Positions 9,191 to 16,893 are shown, numbered from the stretch's first letter. The stretch: DNA of 20,000 nucleotides from an uncultured virus (IMG/VR IMGVR_UViG_3300035654_000005) (IMGVR_UViG_3300035654_000005); one strand, 5' to 3'. Notes: generated by a model from the letters alone, not told the origin. Numbers and translations: made by a program.

Positions 9191-9555
9191 TGAGAGTAGA
9201 TAGCGTTAAACTAAATTCACATCAGAAAACCGTGTTGGCTATTATTGCTGACGCTCCAACTTCTAAGGTTGCAGCAGGTGATATTTCTAACAATCCGAAC
9301 CTGAACCAAGGTGCTTTATTGTTGCAGAAGTTGGGCATAATCAACTATAGCACAACCGATGCAAGTATTACGGATGCAGGCGCTCAGATATCTCAGGAAG
9401 AAAATATTACGGATGAAACAGGCACACTTACCACGAATGGTACAATGTTCTTGAAAATGAATGCAGCTGGTGGTAAACCTCAACCTACGGAAGAAGCACC
9501 ACCAGTAGTTGGTGAATCTTTATTACATCAGCTTGTTAAAATACTAGGTAACTGA
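9190..9555 (+). CDS. Hypothetical protein, possible winged-helix fold; translationally coupled to mini-DnaE
   Basis: TAATG stop/start overlap at 9188-9192. LNSHQKTVL...LLQKLGII...SITDAG resembles a wHTH helix-wing pattern. Confidence 0.5.
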   Translation: MRVDSVKLNSHQKTVLAIIADAPTSKVAAGDISNNPNLNQGALLLQKLGIINYSTTDASITDAGAQISQEENITDETGTLTTNGTMFLKMNAAGGKPQPTEEAPPVVGESLLHQLVKILGN

Positions 9556-9962
9556 TTTGCAGGAATTGGTTTACGTCGTCTGCGTTTAACGCTTTTAACC
9601 TCACTCATCTCATACAACGGTACGGGTCCAATAACACGTGATATAAACTCAACGTTTAGTGATCTGTACAGCTTGGATGTATCTTTAGTCATACCTAGTT
9701 TCGAAAACTCAATCGAAATTGGATAATTGGCTGCATTCTCTTTATACCAATCAATCGCAGTAGCGATTACCTCTTCTTCATCAACGCCCTCAGGACCACA
9801 CACGTCGAGAACAAATGCGTGAATGTAGTCAGAAGTCGCATTATCTACGATTGCTAACAAGGGTTGTTTTCTATATTGAATTAAGGTAATGAACGGATAG
9901 CCAACATAATTTTCAGGATGTGGTTCAATTACTAGAGGAATAGTGGGTTTTCTGGCTGCCAT
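9528..9962 (-). CDS. Hypothetical phage protein with basic C-terminus
   Basis: 144-aa ORF (YPFITLIQY...IVDN...VKRRRRK) preceded by a TATAAATA box. Its 3' end overlaps the convergent gene by 28 nt. Confidence 0.7.
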   Translation of the reverse strand: MAARKPTIPLVIEPHPENYVGYPFITLIQYRKQPLLAIVDNATSDYIHAFVLDVCGPEGVDEEEVIATAIDWYKENAANYPISIEFSKLGMTKDTSKLYRSLNVEFISRVIGPVPLYEMSEVKSVKRRRRKPIPANQLPSILTS

Positions 9963-9999
9963 AGTATACTTTATAAGAGGTGTGCTTGAATCGTGTAGG

Positions 10000-10007
10000 T
10001 ATTTATA
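10000..10007 (-). promoter_or_regulatory. T4-type late promoter TATAAATA
   Basis: Perfect consensus on the minus strand, 37 nt upstream of ATG 9962. Confidence 0.65.
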
Positions 10008-10033
10008 GGTAAAGGTTCCTCGCTAGATTTACG

Positions 10034-10041
10034 ACTAAATA
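10034..10041 (+). promoter_or_regulatory. Late-like promoter variant (ACTAAATA)
   Basis: TAAATA core 25 nt upstream of ATG 10067, flanked by a 4-bp inverted repeat TACG/CGTA. Divergent partner of the 10000-10007 box. Confidence 0.4.
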
Positions 10042-10066
10042 CGTAGGCACCCTTAGATATGTTACG

Positions 10067-10912
10067 ATGACAGACATTACACCTAAACCAACCCGAACAC
10101 CTAGAGCATCCAAACCTAAAAAAGCTGCAAAGCGAGGTCGGAGCAATCCAGACCTGTTACCTTTTGAAGAAGCGAGAGAATACATTCGATCAGAAATGAT
10201 TGAAAGTCGTAGTAACTTCGAAACGTGGTGGCAGCGTAATCAACCAAAAACTATTCCTAGATTCCCGTACAGAGCGTATGAGAAAAAAGGATGGGTTAGT
10301 TGGAATGACTTTCTAGGAGTCAACAACGAATTCGTAGGTAAGAAAGTAGCAAAGTGGAGACACTTTGAAGACGCTGTGAAGTGGGTACACGCCCTTCGCC
10401 TAGAAACACAAGCAGATTGGACTAGGTTTGCGAAGACAGTTGACAAACCTGAAGACATCCCACATCGACCAGATTTAGTATATGCTAAATGGACATCATG
10501 GAATCACTGGCTGGGTAATAAGCCTAGCGAGCGCATTAAAATAGCTGAAGAAAACCAAGGTGTGTTCTATATCATCCACGAAGAGGGCTTCCCTTCTAAC
10601 GTGTTGACGTATGGAGTAGAACCTGGAGGACTAACAGCACTGAAGAGTCGTTGGGAACGCTCACCATATGAGATCGTTAAATTCTTCAAGAACAAACGAG
10701 AAAAAACTGAAGAAGTTAGTAAGGTAATCAACGCTCTCACTACTGAATATCAAGGATATGCTAAACAACGAATCACACCTAATATTTGGGAAGTGATATG
10801 GTACATTCAGATGCAACTTGAAATTATCAGTAATCTAAGCGTCGATCAACCTACAAAAAATACGCTAAATGGCTTAATGCCAATTCAGCAATTGAGAAAT
10901 TTCACCGAATGA
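10067..10912 (+). CDS. Integrase-repeat-containing protein with possible degenerate GIY-YIG/T5orf172-like C-terminal domain
   Basis: Two ~65-aa repeats: PFEEAREYI...IPRFPYRAY..KGWVSWNDFLG and HFEDAVKWV...IPHRPDLVY.KWTSWNHWLG. Basic N-terminal tail; C-terminal VFYIIH...LTYGV. Confidence 0.7.
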   Translation: MTDITPKPTRTPRASKPKKAAKRGRSNPDLLPFEEAREYIRSEMIESRSNFETWWQRNQPKTIPRFPYRAYEKKGWVSWNDFLGVNNEFVGKKVAKWRHFEDAVKWVHALRLETQADWTRFAKTVDKPEDIPHRPDLVYAKWTSWNHWLGNKPSERIKIAEENQGVFYIIHEEGFPSNVLTYGVEPGGLTALKSRWERSPYEIVKFFKNKREKTEEVSKVINALTTEYQGYAKQRITPNIWEVIWYIQMQLEIISNLSVDQPTKNTLNGLMPIQQLRNFTE

Positions 10913-11272
10913 GTAAGCTAGGGGAGTTGGATTAATCCACTTCCCTGCTGCACTACCATTAACTTCAATAGCCTGACTAATCAATGAGAATGCACGATAT
11001 ACTGCAAACTCGTCTGATGTATCAGCCATATCAACACATACGGTAGGTGGAGTAGTACCAAAATCTACATATTCATGCACAGTGATGTTTGTGTTATCTA
11101 ATGCGTTTTGAATAGCTTCAGGATTACAAGCTACGTTTGATTGTGTTGTTAACTGATTGATAAACGTCCATCTAGTAGTGATAAGATGGATATCTTGAAA
11201 CGGTTCACTCATACTGTCAGCCAACAACACACAATCTTCAATTGAAATTACTTTGGATGAATCAACAAACAT
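10874..11272 (-). CDS. Hypothetical protein
   Basis: 132-aa ORF coupled to the upstream gene by a TAATG overlap at 11270-11274. No recognisable motif. Confidence 0.6.
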   Translation of the reverse strand: MFVDSSKVISIEDCVLLADSMSEPFQDIHLITTRWTFINQLTTQSNVACNPEAIQNALDNTNITVHEYVDFGTTPPTVCVDMADTSDEFAVYRAFSLISQAIEVNGSAAGKWINPTPLAYSFGEISQLLNWH

Positions 11273-11544
11273 TACATACCAACCTGTAATCTTGTCAAAA
11301 TACGAATGATGTTAGTAGTCGACTTCTGTAGTTTTTTCTGGTAGTAATTCTTTTTAGCAGACGTCTTTGCGTTTTTAATTTCTTGACGGAAAAAGGTTGC
11401 TTCTTTTGACAAACCCTGGAGATGCTCTTGGATCGCGGCGTGAGATTCTCTGAGCTTAGGATCGTTCTTTGGTGCTGGTGAATATGTAATTCCTGAGTCG
11501 CTTGTAGTTGCTACTGTTGACTCGTCTGGCAGGCTATTAACCAT
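11272..11544 (-). CDS. Hypothetical helical/basic protein
   Basis: 90-aa ORF with strong SD AAGGAG and an upstream sigma70-like promoter. Confidence 0.7.
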   Translation of the reverse strand: MVNSLPDESTVATTSDSGITYSPAPKNDPKLRESHAAIQEHLQGLSKEATFFRQEIKNAKTSAKKNYYQKKLQKSTTNIIRILTRLQVGM

Positions 11545-11576
11545 AATTTAGTGCTCCTTGTTATAAATTATACCTT

Positions 11577-11606
11577 AGTATACCAGGGAACACACAAATT
11601 ATGCAA
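11577..11606 (-). promoter_or_regulatory. Sigma70-like promoter TTGCAT-N18-TATACT (extended -10 TGG)
   Basis: Minus strand -35 at 11606-11601 and -10 at 11582-11577, upstream of ATG 11544. Confidence 0.5.
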
Positions 11607-11613
11607 CAATTAC

Positions 11614-12126
11614 TTAGTTAGGAAGTCCAGAAATATATAACAATTCGATATTACCGACAGACCAAACATCGTATGTTTGAGCATTGTCCTCAGAGCGTAG
11701 CTTTGATTTCTCGATATCTGTACCAGATAGAATGCTATTACGTGTATTCATCGTAGTCTTAACATCTTCTGCTTTGTAAGTCCACAATTCAGTAAACGTA
11801 CCATCCGGCATTGCACGCTTGTATACTAAGTGAGATCCTGGAACAACCCTAATTAATCCCATTTTATTAGGGTCAGTTGATTCTGGTTCAGCCTCATCAG
11901 CAAATTGGTCTTCTCCGTCCAACTGGTCGTCCAATTCTGGATCAACGTCATCGAGACCCAACTCATCATCGATCGGTAAGTCATCTTCTTGGTCGATAGC
12001 ATGGTTGGACAGTTCGATGTCTTCTGGTGAAGGCAGGCGATCAGCATAGTCTGATTGATTTGTAGATGCCCTAACGTCTGCAGTATTCTTAGGAAGGCGG
12101 GAGATTGTGATTTCAGTTAGTAACAT
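11614..12126 (-). CDS. Acidic late protein, possible head-internal protein
   Basis: 170 aa with an Asp/Glu-rich central tract, an N-terminal MLLTEI sequence and a perfect TATAAATA 27 nt upstream. Confidence 0.7.
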   Translation of the reverse strand: MLLTEITISRLPKNTADVRASTNQSDYADRLPSPEDIELSNHAIDQEDDLPIDDELGLDDVDPELDDQLDGEDQFADEAEPESTDPNKMGLIRVVPGSHLVYKRAMPDGTFTELWTYKAEDVKTTMNTRNSILSGTDIEKSKLRSEDNAQTYDVWSVGNIELLYISGLPN

Positions 12127-12135
12127 GTATTAAGC

Positions 12136-12180
12136 TCGATAAGGTTCATTCTATATTTATACCAGAATGAACCTTATCGA
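12136..12180. repeat. Perfect 17-bp inverted repeat with an 11-nt loop containing a late promoter
   Basis: TCGATAAGGTTCATTCT (12136-12152) / AGAATGAACCTTATCGA (12164-12180). The loop reads GGTATAAATAT on the minus strand. Confidence 0.9.
12154..12161 (-). promoter_or_regulatory. T4-type late promoter TATAAATA
   Basis: Perfect consensus in the hairpin loop, upstream of ATG 12126. Confidence 0.7.
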
Positions 12181-12184
12181 CTGT

Positions 12185-12652
12185 TTAGTAGCGTACTATT
12201 CTAGGAGGAGGTGGAGCTGGTGGTTCAGGAGGAGGTTTATCATCTGCAACTGGTTGGTAACCGTACGGTCGATTTTGAGTTTTTGATGAACCTGTTTGTA
12301 ACGTCCCTTTGAACGTCTGCAGTGGGATATATGGCGCATACCAAAATCCAACATCGCTAAATTCAGTGTAGTAAAATAATCCATCTTCGCTAAAATACAG
12401 ATTTTCTTCTTGATAGAACAACATGGTGCCATCATCGGTTTTAACGTCACTTCTAGTTGGCATTGGCTCTTCTAAGGCATACGTACGGGATACTGATGGA
12501 CCATCTGCATCTACGTTAAAATACGTAATTTGCATGGTACCGTTATTGTAGTCAGTGTAGATACTATTCCGCTCAATGTTGCCCTTATAACCTACTTTGC
12601 AGCATAGATCTTTAGTATTTCCGTACCTTGTTGTTATATTAAGGAGTTTCAT
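12185..12652 (-). CDS. Hypothetical protein with Pro-rich C-terminal tail
   Basis: 155-aa ORF with SD AAAGGA, ending KPPPEPPAPPPPRIVRY. Confidence 0.65.
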   Translation of the reverse strand: MKLLNITTRYGNTKDLCCKVGYKGNIERNSIYTDYNNGTMQITYFNVDADGPSVSRTYALEEPMPTRSDVKTDDGTMLFYQEENLYFSEDGLFYYTEFSDVGFWYAPYIPLQTFKGTLQTGSSKTQNRPYGYQPVADDKPPPEPPAPPPPRIVRY

Positions 12653-12708
12653 TGCGTAGTCCTTTATTATTTTTAGTTGTATAATGCAGTAACCGTTAAG
12701 GAACTAGC

Positions 12709-13470
12709 ATGACACAGTATTACGTATATCATCTGATAAACTCAATAGATGGACAACCGTTTTATATAGGTAAAGGTACAGGATCTCGAATGTATCAACA
12801 TTTACGAGAAGCTGAACGAACCACGTATACACACCGGCCTGTCCACAATAAAATAAGATCCATCGTATCTAAGGGTGGAGAAGTAGAATATAAAAAGTTT
12901 GAATGCCAAACCGAAGATGAGGCGTTTGCAGAAGAGAAACGGTACATAGCTTTATTCGGAAGGCGTGATTTAGGCTTAGGACCACTGATGAATTTATCTG
13001 ATGGTGGAGAAGGTGCTCAACGGAATAGAGATAGTGTTGAACGAACAGCCACATTTCACAGAGGGCGCAAACGAACAGATGAATCTAAGGTAGTTATGAA
13101 GGCAGCACAAATTAAAAGTGCAGCCGAAAAGAGATTAAAATATGGTGGTAAAGCAGCTTCCGAAGAAACTATCGCTTTGATGAGACAACAGAGNNNNNNN
13201 NNNCAACAGAGAACTGGAAAACAATGGAGCGACAATGCGCGATCCACTATTAGAAACAAACCTACAGCAACACCCGTGATGGTTTACTACAAGGACACAG
13301 GAACCTTTGTAGGTGAGTGGGAATCAATGGCTTTGTGTGCTAAAGAATTGACGTTGGATGTATCAGCAATTTGGAAGATTTTAAGTGGGAGGCTATCTAA
13401 AGCACCGGATGGAACAATGAGACCTTACAAATCGACAAAAGGATACACTTTCAAATACAAGAATCAATAA
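12709..13470 (+). CDS. Free-standing GIY-YIG (LEM-3-like) homing endonuclease with NUMOD3- and NUMOD1-like DNA-binding modules
   Basis: YYVYHL...PFYIGKGTGSR, EDEAFAEEKRYI, LMNLSDGGEG, HRGRKRTDESK, and C-terminal GEWESMALCAKEL...KSTKGYTFKY. It contains a 10-N scaffold gap. Confidence 0.88.
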   Translation: MTQYYVYHLINSIDGQPFYIGKGTGSRMYQHLREAERTTYTHRPVHNKIRSIVSKGGEVEYKKFECQTEDEAFAEEKRYIALFGRRDLGLGPLMNLSDGGEGAQRNRDSVERTATFHRGRKRTDESKVVMKAAQIKSAAEKRLKYGGKAASEETIALMRQQXXXXQQRTGKQWSDNARSTIRNKPTATPVMVYYKDTGTFVGEWESMALCAKELTLDVSAIWKILSGRLSKAPDGTMRPYKSTKGYTFKYKNQ

Positions 13471-13499
13471 AAAAGCCGCTATATAGCGGCTTTTTTATT
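13466..13499. terminator. Bidirectional intrinsic terminator
   Basis: Perfect 34-bp palindrome AATAAAAAAGCCGCTAT|ATAGCGGCTTTTTTATT between the convergent endonuclease and folE2 stops, with a T-tract on both strands. Confidence 0.9.
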
Positions 13500-14545
13500 T
13501 AGCGCAATCCGTTTGGAATGCCTTTAGCTGTCACAGCTGTCGCGCTCCAGGGATGTAAGCTCTCGAGATGCTCAGTAACAATGCTAAAGTCCAATACTTT
13601 ACCTTGATCAAATAACTCATCAACACCTTCGTACAACAAACGAATTGCATCTTCAGTGAATAGTAAGTTAGAACCATTTAGTTCAGCAAACGCTTGTTCA
13701 TCACGACGCTTACAAATCACAACAACTTCTGTTGGTACTTGACGACGAGCAATTTCAACAATGTCTTCAATGTACACTGGATCTTTAGGATTGAACTCAA
13801 CGGTGATCTTACCAATACTGCGTTGTGAGTGACCGTTAGCCGCCTTGTTACGTTTTAGACGAGCATCTAGTGCTAATTCAAACGAACATGGACATGTAGA
13901 AGAGTACACATAATCAACTGTTAAGTAGAACTTGTATGCATCACCATGCTTTTGGCCTTCTAGTACACAATCATAGAATATGTGGCCTAATGCTTTTTCG
14001 TGACTAAGAGCAACGCCATCGACGATCTTGAATACTTCTGGATCGGACTCTTTCCACTCATCACCAGCCTTACGCTCAGGTAATTCTTGACGTGTACGCA
14101 ACGCAGCTTGTACCCATGGATATTTAAACTTCATCTTGCAGTAAATGCTGTGTGAATCTTGTTTAGCTTGTAACGCATCTAAGATGTTAGTCAAGCCTTC
14201 AATTGAAAGGTGGTTAGCTAACTGTTCGTGCATTACAATCGGGAAACGACTTAGGTTAAGACCTTTTGAGTTGATATTGTCGAGTGAGCCGTACAGCGAC
14301 ACACTAGCGTGTAACTTTTCTACAGAACCATCACGACGGATGAAATTAACAGGTAAATCAACACCATTAACACCAACCTTGTTAATCTTAATGCGTTTAC
14401 CTGGAATGAATGGCTCAACTTGTGGATCTGGTAAGTCTTCATCGTTTGGATAGAAGTCTGCATCGTATTTGAAGTCTAGCTGAGGCATGTGCTCAGAATA
14501 GTCATTATGTCTGAACTCAGTTGGTTGAGTATACTTAATAGTCAT
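13499..14545 (-). CDS. folE2: GTP cyclohydrolase I, type IB (FolE2)
   Basis: LPDPQ, KGLNLSRF, YSSTCPCSFEL, HSQRS, KRRDEQAFAELNGSNLLFTEDAIR and HLESLH motifs; SD AAGGA. Confidence 0.92.
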   Translation of the reverse strand: MTIKYTQPTEFRHNDYSEHMPQLDFKYDADFYPNDEDLPDPQVEPFIPGKRIKINKVGVNGVDLPVNFIRRDGSVEKLHASVSLYGSLDNINSKGLNLSRFPIVMHEQLANHLSIEGLTNILDALQAKQDSHSIYCKMKFKYPWVQAALRTRQELPERKAGDEWKESDPEVFKIVDGVALSHEKALGHIFYDCVLEGQKHGDAYKFYLTVDYVYSSTCPCSFELALDARLKRNKAANGHSQRSIGKITVEFNPKDPVYIEDIVEIARRQVPTEVVVICKRRDEQAFAELNGSNLLFTEDAIRLLYEGVDELFDQGKVLDFSIVTEHLESLHPWSATAVTAKGIPNGLR

Positions 14546-14565
14546 TGTAGTCCTTATTATTGTTA

Positions 14566-15135
14566 TTATTTTAGTGTATTTGTATATTGTAACACAAGTT
14601 GTACGCGTTCGTCAATATGTGGTGTTGATATTTTGTTGAAATATTTAGCAGTACTGGTAAATTCACGTGTATATTCGTACATCACGTTATCTACCATACG
14701 GCTATAATGTTGGTTAACACCACGCACACCATCTTCAACAGGTTTAAAATGTCCTGCTTCTAAGTAGAATACTCCAGCATACTGATCTTGAGCATGGCTA
14801 CATTTGAAGTAGTATTCGTCTAACCAGTCGCTATACTCATTGTCCTTACCTAATGCAACTAGTGCGTAAGTGAATAAGTCAGCAAATGTGCGTTCAGTGA
14901 AGAATATATCATTTGATTCAACTGCCTCTTTCTCGTCTGCCATCTTACGAGCTAGAATTTCGTCTTGAAATTTAATCGTGAGATCGCGATTGTTGTTCAC
15001 TTCGGATAGTGTTACGTTCCAGTCAGTTAAGATAGAACGTGAAGTTTTGCGGGATACAACTGGAAAGTGATGGCCTAAGACGTCAAGCAGTGTGGATTTA
15101 CCTGTACCTTGACTACCAGCAATAGAGATTAGCAT
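14566..15135 (-). CDS. P-loop nucleotide/nucleoside kinase-like protein (AAA_28 / NadR-Ttd14 type)
   Basis: ISIAGSQGTGKSTLL Walker A, FFTERTFADLFTY, and EDGVR lid motif. Confidence 0.8.
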   Translation of the reverse strand: MLISIAGSQGTGKSTLLDVLGHHFPVVSRKTSRSILTDWNVTLSEVNNNRDLTIKFQDEILARKMADEKEAVESNDIFFTERTFADLFTYALVALGKDNEYSDWLDEYYFKCSHAQDQYAGVFYLEAGHFKPVEDGVRGVNQHYSRMVDNVMYEYTREFTSTAKYFNKISTPHIDERVQLVLQYTNTLK

Positions 15136-15160
15136 AATGGTCCTTATTTTAATAAGATGT

Positions 15161-15190
15161 ATTATACATTCATCTGGACGGATTAGTCAA
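15161..15190 (-). promoter_or_regulatory. Sigma70-like promoter TTGACT-N18-TATAAT for kinase-folE2
   Basis: Minus strand -35 at 15190-15185 (inside the 3' end of the GT gene) and a perfect -10 at 15166-15161. SD AAGGA precedes ATG 15135. Confidence 0.65.
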
Positions 15191-16396
15191 CTTCTCAATG
15201 AGCTGAGTGTACTGATTAACTGATTGCTGAACAGTGCATCGTTCAGATATGTAGCGCCTAGCTTCATCCCGTATAGTAGTTAGAGTAGGTAGATTGCTCA
15301 AAGCTAAATCTACAGCATCTGCAATATCGTTAGGTGAGAAGAAATCAACCAACAACCCATTTTGATCGTGTGTAATTACCTCCCGCACAGGTGGTGTATC
15401 AGATCCAATCACCAAACAACCTGCAGCCATTGCTTCTAACATAGACCAAGATAGCACAAATGGTATAGTTAAGTAAACGTGAGCTGATGATATTTGAAGA
15501 ACCTGCAAATATTCTTGATATGGCAATTTACCTAANNNNNNNNNNTTACCTAAGAAATGTACACGATTAGTATCCATATCCACTTCTTTAAGGATCTGTT
15601 CTTTATAATTGGTACCTGGTGATTGCTGACTATAGCTAACATCATTACCACCCACTATCAAAATATGACAATCAGGTTGACGTTTACATATCAGCTCAAC
15701 AGCTCTCATAAATTGGTGAAATCCACGGTATGGTTCGAGGTTTCTAGCCACATACGTGATTACTTTATGTTTATTCGATAGCACTAAACCATTTGGTAAA
15801 GTCACCGTTGCATTGGGATTGGGTTTAACAGAGCTACTAACCCCTTCATGGATAACTGATATTTTTGATTGATATTCAGAAGGATATAGAGATTTTTGCC
15901 AATTGGTAGGACTTACAGCAGCATCACACCCATCGATACTCAAGAAGTTAATAATGTTTTTAGTTCGGATGCGTAATAAGTCATCAACCTTATTGGGATA
16001 CTCAGGATCAAATCCAGTATCTGCACCCATAGCGTGATAAAAGAACTCCATGTAACTAATAAGTTTAGTATCAGGAAATACGTCTTTAACGTACAGAGTT
16101 TCACCCCAACCGGAATGTCCAATCACTACATCAGGTACAAATCCCCGTTGTTTGAGACCTTGCATAGCACGGGCGACCGCTTGACCATTTAGAATGGATT
16201 GCTCAGTATCTATCAGATAGTGGTGAATACCCTTAGTTGCGCATCGAGCTGGCTGATATATACCATTTCGTATATTGGCTAATCCGTTGGCTTGGGGCTG
16301 TGATAGTGATACAACTTGGTGGCTTGCTTCTACTAGATGTGAGGCTATATGAGTAAATTGACCAGGAAAGTTTTGATGCAGAAACAGAACACGCAT
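15170..16396 (-). CDS. GT-B glycosyltransferase, family 4 (Glyco_trans_4_3-type N-terminus)
   Basis: MRVLFLHQNFPGQF, PDVVIGHSGWGETLY, ITYVARNLEPYRGFHQFM, HVYLTIPFVLSWSMLEAMAAGC and EVITHDQNGLLVDFF. It contains a 10-N gap. Confidence 0.92.
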   Translation of the reverse strand: MRVLFLHQNFPGQFTHIASHLVEASHQVVSLSQPQANGLANIRNGIYQPARCATKGIHHYLIDTEQSILNGQAVARAMQGLKQRGFVPDVVIGHSGWGETLYVKDVFPDTKLISYMEFFYHAMGADTGFDPEYPNKVDDLLRIRTKNIINFLSIDGCDAAVSPTNWQKSLYPSEYQSKISVIHEGVSSSVKPNPNATVTLPNGLVLSNKHKVITYVARNLEPYRGFHQFMRAVELICKRQPDCHILIVGGNDVSYSQQSPGTNYKEQILKEVDMDTNRVHFLGXXXXLGKLPYQEYLQVLQISSAHVYLTIPFVLSWSMLEAMAAGCLVIGSDTPPVREVITHDQNGLLVDFFSPNDIADAVDLALSNLPTLTTIRDEARRYISERCTVQQSVNQYTQLIEKLTNPSR

Positions 16397-16401
16397 GTAA
16401 C

Positions 16402-16893
16402 TTACAAATCGTTTTTACATGGATATGCTTCGATTAACGCCTTAGTAGCAATAATTAATGCACCGTTTGACGGATCATACTGGTCAGCAATTGCTTCAAC
16501 TTCAGGAATATGCTCAAGAGTCCATAAATCGATAGACTCTAACAGTTGTTTATCAGTAATTGTCGGCCCAACACACCACAAAGATTTGATGGGTGTATGT
16601 TTGTTAGCAGGTTGGTCTGAAGCATAGAGGTTGTTTAGCTCGATTGTCATTAAGTGACCGGCTGAATAGCCTGCAATGCGCCCGAGACAGTTCGATTTGG
16701 CGATGTAATACGCATCTGGTGATGTTATATCAACGCCAGAACACATCGTGAGGTATCGAGTAGTGATGTCGTGAGGAACAGGAACTGGATTCTTCGGTCT
16801 CTGCACATATATTGTGGTTAGTAACACAGATAATGCACACACTACCACTATACTAATCAATACATATAATGGTTTTGCATATGGGTCAGTCAT
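16402..16893 (-). CDS. Rap1a/Tai-like immunity protein, N-terminal membrane anchor
   Basis: Four-Cys pattern LTMC...CLGRIAG...WCVG...KQL...KALIEAYPC, with hydrophobic residues ~8-30. Confidence 0.65.
   Translation of the reverse strand: MTDPYAKPLYVLISIVVVCALSVLLTTIYVQRPKNPVPVPHDITTRYLTMCSGVDITSPDAYYIAKSNCLGRIAGYSAGHLMTIELNNLYASDQPANKHTPIKSLWCVGPTITDKQLLESIDLWTLEHIPEVEAIADQYDPSNGALIIATKALIEAYPCKNDL

Noticed and set aside
10067..10912. Integrase / prophage interpretation of the integrase-repeat protein
   Set aside because: No tyrosine or serine recombinase catalytic motifs and no att-like context. The repeat name does not imply integrase activity.
13186..13211. 10-N gap flanked by an 8-nt direct repeat (CAACAGAG), resembling a target-site duplication
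   Set aside because: Collapsing the Ns plus one copy removes 18 nt and restores an in-frame MRQQRTGK. This is best explained as a scaffolding artefact with a short contig overlap; read mapping would be needed to exclude a collapsed insertion.
15528..15553. Second 10-N gap flanked by an 8-nt direct repeat (TTACCTAA) in the glycosyltransferase
   Set aside because: Same pattern. Merging gives in-frame HFLGKLPY, the expected GT4 motif, so this is neither a pseudogene nor an evident insertion.
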